A model generated the notes under the pieces. The model was not told the origin of the DNA. It did not search any database and worked only from the letters and a program-made list of their open reading frames with translations. Source: Saccostrea echinata (taxonomy: Eukaryota). Taken from it: a stretch of DNA of 64,000 nucleotides. The stretch lies in the NCBI RefSeq assembly GCF_033153115.1, contig NW_026889771.1:14880001-14944000 (forward strand), written 5' to 3'. Below, in pieces: positions 14,040 to 28,104 of the stretch. Numbering within the stretch: the first letter of the stretch is position 1; every line of letters begins with the position of its first letter. A program made the translations under genes and the position numbers.

Positions 14040-14800
14040 GGAGATACGAGCAGTGACCGATTTCATAAATCTAATAAAGAAAAAGAATCGTGAATAGGGC
14101 AAAAACACGGACCCCTGGAAACACCAGAGGTGGGATCAGGTGCCTAGGAGGAGTAAGCATCCTCTGTCGACTGTTCATTTGATCTTGTATTGATCAGGTA
14201 GACGATGTAATCTTAGTAAAATTTGGAATAAAATAACTTAACAAATTGTATGAAACATGTCAGACAAAATACGACCCAACGATAGGTTGTTACAAACAAG
14301 GTCATTATAATGACCGTAACATTTTCTAGATACTGAGACAAGGTTGTTGATTTCCTTGTAACATCAACTTATTTGTCTGTAGTTTGCCTTGGTTTAAAAT
14401 GATCGTATTCAGAGAATGCTCTTGCGTATCGAACCATATATATCGAGTCAAAATATGGATGAAAGCAATTGTTAAAATTAATTGATAAACGTCTAAATGT
14501 TAAGTTGAAGGCCACAGCAAGAGTTTACTTCTTCTCGTGAAAAAGTTTATGAATAAATCCTGCTTCATAGGAATAAAAATACAGGTCTGTCATAAAGGAG
14601 CACAATTAGAACCAATAGAAATTCCAACAGATTGTTGATAGACTTGGACTCCAAAGACTACATAGATATTGTCAATGAGGAACTCCAGCATCTTTTTAAC
14701 ATCAACTTCAGAGTACTTGTATGTAAAATCAGAATGAATTTTAACACATTTTGTAGATGACCAATCACACGATATAAAAATTTCCGAGTTCCATTCTTTT
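14040..14800 (-). mobile_element. Penelope-like retroelement remnant (RT and 3' end)
   Basis: The minus strand gives degenerate KMLEFLIDNIYVVFG..YQQSVGISIGSNCAPL..FYSYEAGF (PLE RT motif) and RYARA-type C-terminal remnants. It ends in the same 3' motif seen at 19.5 kb and 42.3 kb. Confidence 0.8.
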
Positions 14801-16979
14801 AAGTCATCGATTTGAACTATACTTACATCACCAGTTATGATGTGTCCAGCTGGAATATCTAGTTGAAAGAGACGAAGAATAAGAACACATAAAAGGAATT
14901 TGTTTTAGATATTCAATATCTACGCTCTGTAGAGTTTGTTTATAATTTAAGATTTTAGATGCAACGTTTGGGGAATATCTGTAGGAAATACAAGGTAAAG
15001 ATCAACTTAAAATATGGTGGAACAAGACTGGACTTTAAATTTCATCTTCCGTAACACATGGCGTTTTAAAGAGACTGTGTTGGGCATAATCCATAATTAC
15101 ATGAGTAGTACATAATATTCCAGTACCTTCGTTTATTTTGTGTACTGTATAGTGACACTGAGCAATTCCTTTGAAAGTGTTTTTCGAATATTTTTTGCAA
15201 ATTATTTTGTAAGGGTTCTGCATATAATGCTTACAAGGTAGCGCGTCTTGAGTATCGATCTGTCAGGTTAGACGAAAACTAGCTATCGTCAGATACCAAC
15301 GGATGGTTTTGTCTTTTACTCATCACATGAGAGAGATCAACCGTGGGTGTTCGACGAAGATTCGTCTTTTACTCATGAGAGGGAATCCAAGGAAAACATA
15401 GCTACAACAAACGATTTTACACATCAGATCTGAAAACCTCTTGATAGTTATATTCACATTAGTATTCTCACTGGGTTTTCATCAGTATTAATAATGTAAT
15501 ACAACTGATACTTAAACGTCCTCAAAATAGTATGATAGATAAACAATTCATGGACTAATTTTGTTTCAACTGCGCTTGTCAATCTTTTAGTATATGGCAG
15601 AAACAGTCTACAAGAAAAGGACATTTATGCCTTGAACAAATGAAAAACATCATGCGTGTGTTTTCTTGCATAAAGAATAAAAGGAAATACCAATTATAAA
15701 TAATTCAGGGTTAAATGTATTGTCTAATTTTTGTTGAAAATATACAGCAAAAACGAAATAATACCATCCCTTTTATTCGCTCATATTGCATATTTCAATA
15801 AAATTTATAACAATATATGTCATTGTTTTTCTTTATTTTTTTATTTGTATAAATATTGAAATCTAAGGACAGGGTTTTAAAAGAGGGTCTTATTTACAAA
15901 TCCTTGCGTGGTAAATGATATAATGCATTTCTATTTTGTTGATACCTCTAGGTGTAACAAAAACACATCTCTTTATCTTGTTTCTGGCATTGACTATTTA
16001 TCCATATTAGCATTGCACTGTGAATCAGACAATTTGTGTATGTATTATAGAAAGACCAATTCCTGTTAAAGGTTAAAGGGAGGTAAGTGGCACAAAAACT
16101 ACTGAACTTAATTCGAGCTTCTTAATCAAAGTGACCATATGCTTAAACGGATGCCTAGCATGTTTAATTTAATCACACACACAATCTAGAAATTTGCTTC
16201 CTATTTCCTAATTTTGGTTCATGGATAGGACTTTCAATGGGATATTTTTAGGGTACCAAGTTTGTGTATATAACGGTATCAATTATCGTTTAACGATGCC
16301 TTCGGGTGCAAGATTGAATGCATACGTGTATCTTAATTATCAAAATCCGTACTGAAACAGCAACAGCAAACAATATGCTGTTTAAGGACAAAAGGAAAAT
16401 GTTGGAACAATGTAATACATTAGAGTTTTGAATATAATAATTAGACCTTAATATCGATTTTTTCTTGGGCATCCTTTCGATTCTCAATAAATTTCAACCG
16501 TCGAAAATAACTTTTTTCTTACTTTGATTGTCCTATAAGTGCTGACATATATGGGATTGAGCCAGAATCAACAGAAATAGTATCCTCTGGAATTCATTTG
16601 AATTTTTACATTGTAGAGATAAAAAAAATTATAGAATTCAAACTGAGGCTGAGGGTATCAGTCACCTCTGGAAAAACACTACAAAACATGGAAACATACA
16701 TTAAGATATTAAAACATCAATCTTTACAGTAGATCATTAGGAGAAATTGTCCTGCAATTCACATAAACTTGTGCTTAATATGTGTTTCAAATTCATTGAT
16801 CATGTATTCCAATTTATCTGCTATGTTTACGTAATAAATGATATTTTTTTTTTTTTAGAAATAAAGATCTTTTCCAGTATATGTGATATAATTATAAATA
16901 GTTATAATTAAAGAAAATGAAGCAAGAGATCAAAAAGTTTTTTGAAAAGTACAGAAAATCCAACCGTTTTTGAAATAGA

Positions 16980-17153
16980 TATTTTCGTCCCGTTTTATTT
17001 TCGCCCCATTTGCCCTTGTTGCAAGTGGGGGAATTTAAAACGGGGCGAATTCAAAGACAGCAACTTCTCTTAAAAACTACTCTTCGGGCAAGTTTAAAAC
17101 GGGGCAAAATTGTTTGCAAGTGTGAAAGGGCGAAAATAATCCTGTATACAGTA
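16980..17153. mobile_element. Short DNA-transposon-derived MITE fragment ending ...cctgtatacagta
   Basis: Internal repeats tttaaaacggggc(g/a)aa, the pair attttcgccc / gggcgaaaat, and a CAGTA terminus. Confidence 0.45.
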
Positions 17154-18139
17154 AACGTTTTTGCATCTTCGATGAATTTTTAAAATTTGAAATATAACCG
17201 GTAGAAATCAAATATCGAAAGAACATTATTGTATCAAGGAAAGGCAAGTATAACTAGTACTTTAATTAGATGTCTGGTCAATATTTAATATCCGTTTTTG
17301 TTAGAAAGGGTAATGTAAACATTGTTTTGCACAAGTTTAATTACGCATAAACATGATAAACTCATTAATATTTTTATTAAGAAGCCTTGGCGATATGGTC
17401 TCGGATCTAAAATATTTATTATACTAAAGCAAAAATGCAGAACATTCACAGAAGAACTGAAATATTATTTTTATTATATGAACCTAATATAAACGAGCAT
17501 TGTTGTCTTTCGGAGACGTACAAAAGACTTTTAAAAAAATACCAGTATTTTATTTTAATAGTACTTATAAGCGAAAATTTCTAACTGTAATAAAATTCAA
17601 ATCATTTAATGTGACTAATGATTGACAGCAGTAGGGTCGAATGATGTTTCTTGTGTATATCTCAGCTGGTGATAATATCCACAGATTTATGTTTCCAAGC
17701 CTCATTAACTTCAACTTAACTACCATGAATAATTGATGCACATTACTTACTGCTGTTTTGTAACAATTACTGTTGTCATTCGTGCTTTAAAAGCCAAATA
17801 AAAATGATTGTTACATTAAGAGCCAGTCTCTGCGAAGATTTGCACTTTATGGTTTGAACATATTTAATTATAATGTCTAATTACAAAGGGATTGGGCACA
17901 ATTTCTAAAAACTTATTATTACGCCCTCTCCCTACATGTAAATTACAAAGATTAAATTAGGTCACAGTTAAATAAGTACATTCAAAATATTCAATATTTG
18001 TGAAATTTTCAAATCAATGCATTTTAAAGAATCATACATATAATTTTGTATATATACATGTATATATAAATGAATATATTTACATGTATATTAACTAACT
18101 AATACTAACATGTGAATCTGCCAGAATGTTTAATAAAAG

Positions 18140-18690
18140 TTTGAACAATAGAGAAATTCTCCGCAGCACCCAATGAATCTATCCCCCATAATAAGACATG
18201 TGTATCTAAATGTAAATTTTATCAAATAATAAAAATTTATCAAGAAATTCCTTTCTGGCTTCTTTATACTTTGGACATATAATACAATAATGATACGTAT
18301 CTTCTTTTTTGCCACATGAGCATAAAGGACTTGAGATTGATTTGCATCTGTAAAGGGCAATATTCAATGCACAATAATGTCGAAGTCTGGTCTGGAGAAC
18401 ATTCAGTCGCCTGTTACCATATTCAAAATATGATGGTGGGGCAGATTTTTGAATACTTATTTTAGTTTTAAAATTTGACATCAATTGTAAGTTTCTATTT
18501 TCAAGTGGTAATGAGTTCCGTTCATTAACTACAGTAGGAATAAACGATGAGTTTTATGTTTGTAATATACATTTTGGAATATCATAATTTTCAGAATTTC
18601 TAGTAGAATAGCTAATATGCGACGTTATGTAATTTGAGTGTCATGAATTATCACAAACTTCGTAAGAAATAAATTTAGGAAATCTTGGAT
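18140..18690 (-). mobile_element. 3' end of a CR1/L2-like non-LTR retrotransposon (degenerate)
   Basis: ORF 18206-18484 PPSYFEYGNRRLNVLQTRLRHYC..LCSCGKKEDTYHYCIICPKY carries the C-terminal CxC-x7-H-x4-C knuckle typical of LINE ORF2. Confidence 0.7.
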
Positions 18691-19439
18691 GTCCTGGATT
18701 AATGGTTTCTATGGCAATGGGACTCAAAGTTTAAAAAATGCAAATTCTTGAGAATTTTGAAATTAAAAAATGCGCATTCTTACTGCAAAGTAGATCTATA
18801 ATAATTTCTGAAATATGATATTTAAGACTTCATGTTTCATATTTACCAAAAACGTCCACGGGAAATAGCCAGATTGCAAAGAAAATTCCTATTTTAACAT
18901 GGTGGATTTTCATAAGATATTTTTTTATATTTACAGAAGACAGTCCATAAAAATGATAACAAACTTACTTTAATGCGTATTGAAGGTTAAATAATTACAA
19001 TTCCATCGTTGCTATGAAAATGGGACCATTAAAAGTATAAGCTTTTAGTCCTAATAAGTGGATAATGTCAACAAATGAAACATAAGTTATGAGTACATAT
19101 CTGTACGTACTGAACGAGAGTAAAATACTTAGAAAAGGGTACGAATATACATGTACAGGTATACATGTATACGTTGTTATAAAATTGGGGGGAAATCTGT
19201 CATCTTAGGTTTTTTTCCTTTTAAGAAAGAATCGCCATATTTTAGAATGGCTGTTTATAAATCGGTAAAATGGTTGTCAATTCCACCTAAATAAGTGTCA
19301 CTCTAAATGCATGGAGGAATGACAATAAATACTCAAATGTCTTCTTTGTTAATTTTTTTTTTACTGCTTAATAGCCATGAAAACCAAAAAAGCATTCCCA
19401 ATGACAATCAGTCCTATATTCAATTTTATGATATGAAAT

Positions 19440-19640
19440 ATAAGGAGATAACGAACAGTAACCAAGCTCGTGAGTCCATTCAAACAATACAAATCAGGAG
19501 CAGAGCAAACACGCGGTACGGACCTCTAAAACATCAGAGGTGGGATCAGGTGCCATGACGGAGTGAGCATTCCTTGCCGACCGATCACATCCGTCGTGTG
19601 CTCCTTGTCGTGATCGGGAAAAAACGGAAAAGTAAAATCT
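19440..19640 (-). mobile_element. Penelope-like element 3' terminal fragment
   Basis: agaggtgggatcaggtgccatgacggagtgagcattcc...ccgatcacatccgtcgtg is the reverse complement of the motif at 42310-42400. Confidence 0.7.
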
Positions 19641-21137
19641 GATAATTGGACATGCATTATGTATAATTTGTGTACGATTTAAATTATGATCGTAGATGAA
19701 ATGATATGAGGTATCTTATAGCAAAGGTGCATGATTCTTCTGAATTAATGATATATAATCTCGATCCATGGTAATAGCAGTAGAAATTTTTTTTCAAACA
19801 TCCTTCTAACTTTAATGTTAGACAACTTATATGTCTAATTATATCTTTGCGTTTCTTAGAATTTGGTAGGTATTTCATTCTTTTCAATACAAAAATCGTG
19901 GCGTAAAGCTATGTGGTCATACCAACCAATATACCAGTAGGTAATTTACATGTATTGTGTTTATCCCCCTCCAAGATGTTAAAGTGTTTTATGTCTTTTG
20001 ATATATATACCCTCCCAAATAATTGCATGAGACGAAAAAAATATAATATATTTAAATAATTACTTAATTTCAAGATTTCGCTTAAATATATAACCATAGT
20101 TACCTAATTTTTTCCCATTATCTTGAGTAATATGACCTATCATTCCTACATATTAAGTGGTCATTTACAGTCTGTGTCCTGCACAAAGCCACAATGCGGA
20201 TTTAAAATAGCTAAAACTGAACATTTTTTGTTAAATTTTTGGCACTTTGCCATGGAAACAGAAATCCAAAGCAAACCAAATATCATTGGTTTAAGTTTGC
20301 CTACCTATGCACGAAGTTTCATGAAAATCCATGACTATGCATACCAAATAAAGTACTTACAGAGAATATATCATGTTTTTATTTGATTGTGCGGGAGTGA
20401 AAAATAAAATGCTTGAGGAGTGGGTCTCAATGAAAACCTATAAGTGCATAACTTGCAAAATAACAACAATGGATACACCAGAAAGACTGATGACTACTTC
20501 AAGGGTTTAAAATCTTTAATTACACAGAGTTTTAGAAAAAAAAAAATTAAAGAGCCAAGAGAGGGATGGTTTAATAAAAACAGTTTTGATGGTTTTCCAC
20601 CTGTTCTATCTGTCGTAATACATCTTTTGAGAACATTTAACATTTCTTTTCAAATAACCTCTATCAAATTACAGAGTTATGACCCCCAGGATGGGGCTAA
20701 AGATGTCATAAATTGAAATTATATCACACATTTTAAAGTCTTTTTGAACATTAAACAGGCAAATTCTTGCAAAAATCATAGGGAGTAGTTATTCATTTAT
20801 TATAAAATATTTTCCCTGACTCAAGGTTTGGACATTTATTTGTTTTACTTTAAAAGTTCACATTTTACCAGATTAGACTGTTTGGGCAAAAATTGAGAAG
20901 GCCCATACATTAACATTGTATACCCGGGTACTGCTGATGCATTTAAGTCTAAAACAAAATCAATTCAAATCACCAGCCAATCTTTCTATTTGTAGATGAT
21001 TATATAACTTTTTTCCTTTTTCAAAAGTTTATACGATGTAAAACAAAAAAAAAACAAACAAAAAAAAAAAAAAAAAAAAAAAAACAACAAACAAACAAAC
21101 AAACAAACAAAAAAAAAACAGTAAGCTTTTTCAACTT

Positions 21138-21368
21138 CTGTGGAATCATTTTAATTCGTGGAGGTTAGATTTTTACGGGCAATCAAAATTTTTATCCGTT
21201 CGTGGGGACTAAATTTCGTGGTAATTGGTGTAGATACACAGAAGATTCAATGGACCTAAAGCTGAAAAGAGTATTTGTTCCAGGGCATGTAAATTCATGG
21301 ATAAGAGTTATCCACGAACATAGCCCCCATCCCCCCCCCCCCCAACACGAAATGATGATTCCACAGTA
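21138..21368. mobile_element. MITE with terminal inverted repeats (Tc1/mariner-like ends)
   Basis: ctgtggaatcatt ... atgattccacagta, with internal ttcgtgg / ccacgaa repeats. Confidence 0.6.
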
Positions 21369-21987
21369 AATGGTTTCATCTGCGCTAGATTTGGACATGT
21401 TTAAATTCTTTTGTTAGAAGATATTTAAATATTTCTTTATAACACGATTGGACTTTATAGAAAATGTTGATCTAGTCCAATTCAATTACCAAACAAAGGA
21501 TGACCATCGTACCTTCCAGCAGATTGTGTCGAATTTTTCCTTTACAGAGCATACAATCAGTTCCATATCCATTTATACCGTCAACATCTCTGTGTTCTAA
21601 CATAAGTCGTGTGATAATTGTGCAGTATTGATAAAGTAGATAAAAGACTTTAAATGTCTCAACAAATTAAAGAACAGACAAGTATTGTGAATTTTAAATT
21701 TTTTGGCCTTTATTGATGTTCACGGACCATGCATAATCAGTGATGAGTGAAGTTCCTTTCACTTAAACCATTTACATGTAGGTTTCGACGACAAAAAGTT
21801 CACGAAAAACATACCACGTAAACTCTAAGCGAGGTTTTATGTACGGAACGCGGACATTCGTTCTTGTTTGTGTGGGATGGATGTAAAAACCCAATTCTAA
21901 AGGATCGATGGTACCCATAAAGTAACTGAAATCATCAGAATTTAGAGCTCTCTTTAAGGTCTGAGTGCAGGAAAGAAATCGCCAGAC

Positions 21988-24900
21988 ATGTCTGATTTTA
22001 AGAAAAAACCCAGTAGAACAAATATAGATCCTTCAACGAATAGAAGAAATCCACCGACAAGTAGAAGAGATCAGCCGACGAACAGAAGAGATCCACCAAC
22101 GAATAAGAGAGATCCAACAATGACTAAGAAAGAAAAAACAGGAAGAGACGGTAAAAGATCGGTGAGTCTTCCGCCTCTGAAAACAGAAAGAAGTACCAGG
22201 AAGGCAAATCGTGTTCCCGAATGGAATAAGCGGCCTTGGAGCTTAGAACCATCTAGGGATATCTATAAAACGGAACAGTCAAGAAGTACTCGAGACAAAA
22301 AATCCAACTTTAAGCCACATACCACTTCCCAAAAGGATTTATGGTCTATTTACAATGCCAAACCTAGGTTCCCGACACCTTACCGCCCTGACAGCTCTTT
22401 GTCGATGAAGTCCAACTTCTCCCGCCCCAGTAGCAGAAGCTCAAGCATTCAGAAATGGCATAAAGATACTGAAGCTGCTTACGATACAGTAAGCCAGAGG
22501 AGTCTGCGCTTTGATAAACATGTCAAAAAACTTGCTTCCGTTACAACTAAATTCGACAGAGATGCCGAGAGAGCCAGGAAAGAAAGAGAACGTAAAAATA
22601 AAGAAGAAAGAGAAAGGGTTTTGAAAAATTTAAAGGAAAGGAGAAGGGATTTTGCGGAAAGGAATTATAAACGTGTTCACCAACAGTTTGTTTCACCAAA
22701 AGTATTAGAACATGAAAGAGATGAAAGAAACACTTATGGCCTTCCAAAATATTTACTGTTTGATGTGAAGTATCCCAAATCCAAATCGAAACAAGACGAT
22801 TCAAAATCTCAATCTCCAAGACTTCAAAAGCATTCACAACTTCCTGCCAGTACAAAGTTTGCTCTAAAAACGGACAAGAAAACTCAACAACAGAAAAACA
22901 GTTCAACCAATAAGTCAGGCGATTTTCGTTCTGCAAGTCGACAGAGAGATTACCAGGAACTGTATAAGATTTATTGCATCCCAGGAAATAGCAGACTCCG
23001 GGACTGGGCCAAAGAGGAAAATGCTGCTCTTGCAATAGGTAAATTATATATNNNNNNNNNNNNNNNNNNNNNNNNNNNNNNNNNNNNNNNNNNNNNNNNN
23101 NNNNNNNNNNNNNNNNNNNNNNNNNNNNNNNNNNNNNNNNNNNNNNNNNNNNNNNNNNNNNNNNNNNNNNNNNNNNNNNNNNNNNNNNNAATTATTCGCA
23201 ATGACTTGGTTTGCAAAGATATCTTACTTCCGAAATTCCTTCATGAAAATAACGTTTTTTGATCTATAGGGTAAACTCTTCAATAAATCATAAACTATTT
23301 ACGTTTTAATTTAACACTGAAAATCTAGGAAAGGGGTTTCTACATCCAGTTCATACATATAAGAATAGAAAAAAGTGGAATAAAAACTTCAGATTTTTGC
23401 TTTCTTATCTTACATTTTATCTTCAATTTGCTGTCGGTCATAGTTACTGATTTTTCTTTTAATTTTCTGCGATATACTTTAGGATTAAGAACGTCATTCA
23501 AGGACAAAATGTTTATACGGCAAAATAAATACAGATAGATGAAATGTAAATAAACTGAAATTAAATGTCGAATAACGAACTCTGGGACTGCGTTAAATAT
23601 GGTGATAAATAGTTTTTCGACTAATCTTGTTTGCTTTATGAAAAGAATTTAAATGAAAGTATGAAACTCTGGCAGGTTAACAAAATAAAAGATGAACAAT
23701 CCAAGATATTCATAAATACGAACCGTTATTAATGTTTAAGCAATATTTTTTGCTTTGCGTCAGGCAAAAGTTACAATCAACAGATAAAATTAGATATGAT
23801 GATATAAAAGAAATCAGATGTATTCTAACGATGCCAATATGCTGTGTTGGCAAACACAACTATACTGAAACGCAAAAGAAACGCAACAAGCAGTGATCTA
23901 CAAATATTTGAATTTTTTATCTAATGATTTTCAAAAATGAATTCAGTAATGTTAAAATAGATTTAAAAACATCAGAGATTTGATAAAAATGTTAAATGAT
24001 TATCTTTTAACTTTAGAAAGTAACTCATGACTGTTAAAACACCCCCACCCCGGCCATTCAATAACAGCGTGCAAGACTGCCATGCACAACAATTGCAGCT
24101 TGATTTCTACGATGCAATAGGTTCATCAGTCTCGAGATCTGAGCGAAAGAAACATTCTTTGCCATTTTTAAATGCCTGTATTTAAGATGACGAGGTCGAA
24201 TTTCCTCTAGCCTAGCGCAGTGTAGTAACCCTTGGACTTCCGGTCCCAGGACTGTCATTTATGCTAATGATACGTAAGAGCCTCTTGAGGCGTGATGTAT
24301 TGCATATTTGCATATGCAATTCTCCATCACCTTTATTTTGAGATTTTCCAGCTAGAGCAATGGAAATGCGTACTTAAGTCATTTTCAGGAAGCCTTGGCA
24401 TAGCTTACGGAAAAGAAAGGATAATTTATTTTTCGGAATATTGCTGCATTACTTATGATGAACAGATAAAAACCATTAAAAGCCCATATTCTTGCCAAAT
24501 GTTTTGTTAAACATGCAATTTTTGATTTCTGTTAAGCGGACTCAAACTTAACTTCCGGTAATGGTATGAAAATCATTCAACCGTTAAATTACCGATATTT
24601 ACAAAGATGAAGATATCCTTAATTTTTAGATACAAAATTATATCCTATATATAATATTTCCCCCTAAAGTAGGATGTTCAGTATATTAATATTTTTGAAT
24701 TCCAACAATTTTATCATCATTCAGAAGTATAGAACAATTGCAGCAACATAGGTTTGTGATTGAAATAAAAAAAAGCTCAACGTTCAATATTCCAACAGTA
24801 TTTAGAAGTAAAACATTAAAACAAAAACTGCTTTTTGAAGAAAATAATTGACTTCGCTACTTTCTCGTCAATTATTGTAAAAGCCAGTGAACTATGTGCA

Positions 24901-25192
24901 CTGGGAAAAAAGTTATGTGATGCGATTCATGTTTTGCAAAGATAAGTTTTAAGTACATATAATTCAAAGGGAGACCGTGATTGAAGAACCAGTTGTCAGA
25001 AGCTCTCTACATCTGCACACGAAAATATTTAAAGCATGAAATTATTTTTCCATCCATTTTTCAGCCTTCAATAGACGCCCGCGACACACAGAAAAACCTA
25101 GATCAAGCACTCTGCCATCACTGAGGATGAATATTTACAAGTCCCCGTATGTTAACAACAGCAAACCACAGAGACTGGTGCCAGTTCATTGA
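21988..25192 (+). CDS. Uncharacterised basic Arg/Lys/Ser-rich protein, two coding exons (~392 aa)
   Basis: Exon 1 is 21988-23038 (donor ag|gtaaat, phase 1). Exon 2 is 25065-25192 (tttcag| acceptor, AFNRRPRHTEKPRSSTLPSLRMNIYKSPYVNNSKPQRLVPVH*). The long open frame in AT-rich DNA has no recognisable domain. AATAAA at 25671. The N-gap lies in the intron. Confidence 0.7.
22027..22131 (+). repeat. Coding 21-bp tandem repeat (5 x DPPTNRR-like heptapeptide)
   Basis: DPSTNRR NPPTSRR DQPTNRR DPPTNKR DPTMTKK. Confidence 0.85.
23052..23189. other. Assembly gap (138 N)
   Basis: Run of N bases. Confidence 1.
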
Positions 25193-25772
25193 AGAAGACG
25201 GCAAAATAGTCTCTCGCAAACCAGAGAAAAACAGCAAAATAGTCTTTCGCAAACCAAAGGTTCAAAAGGAGGACCTATGAACTGATTTGTAGAACTGAAG
25301 AGTTTTCTTTAGTAATAATGATTTGAGCAAGAGAATGTCTATGCCGCCCATATAAGCCAGTCAAGGAGAATGCTTAATTTTTTTTCTGATCTTATTATTG
25401 TTTATTAATTATGTAGATAAATAGGTAGATGAAATTAATTAACACTAGATATAGAGCACATTTTTCAGATGATAGACTTCATATATTATTCAATGTTAAT
25501 GGGAAAAAAGTTTTCTTCTTTCGGAACTTCAAAATATACCTTATGTGGTAACATTATTCATTTATTTACCGATTTCGAAGGCAACTTGCGTTTTGTCGGA
25601 CCAGAGAACCAACCGAAAGTCGTTAGGTTTTGTTATACCTTTTATTTTTTATTATGGCATATTCAATTGCAATAAATAAAACACAATTTATTTCCATTTT
25701 TATTGACAAGTGAAAAAATTAGTCAGATATATAAATGCTTAAAGAAAACTTAGTTTGTGTATTTGTTAAAGG

Positions 25773-26710
25773 TGTAGCGTGAAACCTTATAATGTAATTA
25801 TAAATAGCAGAGGCGGCTGAATTCCCCCAGTTAACTTTCTGAGGACCTGGCAGGTTCAAAATATACAAATATATGATTAAGCAATATATACAGATAAATG
25901 TTTAGACTACTTGTCTTTAATCAATTAGGTACAATAAATCAAAGTGACGCTGACTCCTAAGCGATCGGCTCTTACAGCTCGGCTCTTCTGGTTACTAGCT
26001 CTTACAGCACGGCTCTTATGGTTACTGGCTCTTACAGCTCAGCTCTTATGATAACCGGCTCTTACAACTCGGCTCTTACTGGCTCCCTCGGTAGCTTTCT
26101 TGGTAATAAATAATATTTAAAGCCAGGAAAGACTTGTTCAGTCACGTCTAACGCTTTAAATATTTATTTATTATCATTAACTAAAAGTTACCTCTGATCA
26201 TTAATGGTCCGCCGCTTGTGTTGCCACTTCAGCATCAACTTCGCAATTAACACAGCTCTGCCGCTTCACTTGTATTTATACCCTTGGCCAACAACGCCAT
26301 CTAGCGGAAACATGACTAAAATACCGCTTGTATCGGAATAACTTTTCCCGGATTGTCTCAAAGGCAATGATACATTGGTTAAGTTGCACGAATTTAAGTC
26401 TTGTTTTTTGAGCAATCGAAGACTCGAGGTTTGTCGGCAGCATTGGAATTTCTAACAAATCAAGGTCACTTACTAAACACAGATTAGGCCGAGGTTGCCT
26501 ACTCAGTGAGGGTTTTTCGTGGTGACGGTCAATGTCTGAGGAATAAGCATTGGACATGCCGTGGATCTTATTTTCACCGAGTTGTGAAGAATAATGCCCT
26601 AGTGGAATGATTAGATAAACAAAAGATAAGTTGGTATCTTTAATTATTGTAGCCATCACATAGTCCTCACAACCTTGGTGTCGTATCAAACTTCGGCTTG
26701 ATCCGCCACA
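25773..26710 (-). mobile_element. Putative solo LTR with an internal 31-bp tandem repeat
   Basis: TG...CA termini with short inverted ends (tgtagcg ... cgccaca), a TATA-like gggtataaata on the - strand near 26275, and repeated ggctcttacagctcggctctt at 25967-26085. No TSD is visible because the right flank is the start of a HINE. Confidence 0.55.
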
Positions 26711-28104
26711 TTTTTAGCTCACTTAGGTGGGGCACAGGATGGGGTCGAAATTTTACATAGGAATATATAGGAAATGTCTTGAAAGATCTTCTTCGCGAGA
26801 ACAGCAAAGCCATGATTGGTCATATTACGTATAATATAAGTATTCTCAGGTAGTGTAGAATCAAGTTTGTTCCAATCCCCAGGGGGTCAAAGTTTACCAT
26901 AGGAATATATAGGAAATATCTTTCAAAATCTTCTCAGGAACAGCTAAGCCATTATTAGTCATATTAATACAGAAGTATCCTCAGGTAGTGTAGATTCAAG
27001 TTTGTTAAAATCATGATTCCCGGGGGTAGGGCGGGGCCAAAACAGTGGGTCAATGTTTTACATAGGAATGTATACAAATGTAGGTGTAATGGTTAAGGGG
27101 CATTTGGGTAAAATGCATTGAAGACTTCAAATAGTGGAATGACCTGACAACCCTTGGAATGGACTAGCCAAACAAAAGGGTTTATAAGGCAAAGCTTTGG
27201 GAAATTCAGGCATTCAGAAGCTAGCTGAAGATGTTGAATGTTGAATCAGCAATAAAGAAGTTAAGGGTAGGAGCAAAATAAAAGTATAAAAGTTGTAAAT
27301 ACCAGTGGCAAGTATCCTAAGGAATTGATGTTCAGTTCTGGGTGTAGTAAATCTGAAGATTGAGACACCTGGTTCTTATCTATCAAAGTGAACCTAGGGG
27401 AGAAACACGGTGTAAGTAGTACCTTACCCAATCCCTGTCTCTAGATAAGAGAAAATTTAAGTACTGTGTGATTTACCCTCAGACAGAGGTGTCTTTTAAA
27501 ATAATCATTCCAACCATTAACTCAGACAGAGTAAAAGGAAAACCTATACATCCCCTGTAAGAACCTGACCATACACGTTACATAGGAAATATCTTTAAAA
27601 TTTTCTCAAGAATAACGAAGTCATTATTAGTCATATCTATACAGAAGCAACCTTAGGTATTGTAGAATCAAGTTTGTTCAAATTATAACCCCCCAGGGTG
27701 GGGGGGGGGCACAACAGAGGGTCAAATTTTTGCATAAGAATATATAGCAATCATCTTGAAAAAATCTTCTGCTCAAGAACAGCAAAGCAATGATTGGTCA
27801 TATTTTTATAGAAGCATCCTCAGGCAGTATAGATTCATATTTGTTCAAATTTAGGTTGGGTAGGGAGGGGCCACAATGAGAGATCAGATCTACAGTTTTA
27901 CATAGGAAAACATATGGGGAAAATCTTGTAAATTCTGTTTAAGAACTGCAAAGCCATGATTAGTAATATTGATATGGAAGTGCCTGAGGTAGTGTACAGA
28001 AAAGTTTCCCTCCCCCCCCCCCCGTTCAATACAGAACTGATTTCTGTTTCATCCTAGCCAACTAATGTGCTCAAGTGAGCGATATGGCCCATGGGTCTCT
28101 TGTT
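26711..28104 (+). mobile_element. Helentron-derived HINE carrying Cg170-like ~160-170 bp satellite units
   Basis: Starts tttttagctcac, has repeated units ...ttttacataggaatatatagg...atcctcaggtagtgtagattcaagtttgtt..., and ends aagtgagcgatatggcccatgggtctcttgtt with a short terminal hairpin. Confidence 0.75.
27085..27582. mobile_element. Solo LTR (Gypsy-like) inserted in the HINE satellite
   Basis: tgtaatg...cgttaca termini flanked by a 4-bp direct repeat TAGG (27081-27084 and 27583-27586). It interrupts a satellite unit. Confidence 0.75.

Noticed and set aside
18700-20260. X-box-like motifs (gtttctatggcaat, tttgccatggaaac) upstream of the orphan gene
   Set aside because: They sit in repeat-like sequence where such motifs are common and cannot be tied to the gene.
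23039-23262. Extension of the 424-aa ORF through the N-run
   Set aside because: Artefact of translating Ns. A good donor at 23039 and an in-frame terminal exon at 25065 explain the gene.
26276-26689. 137-aa minus-strand ORF
   Set aside because: It lies within a putative LTR and has no recognisable motifs or ATG start, so it is probably chance.
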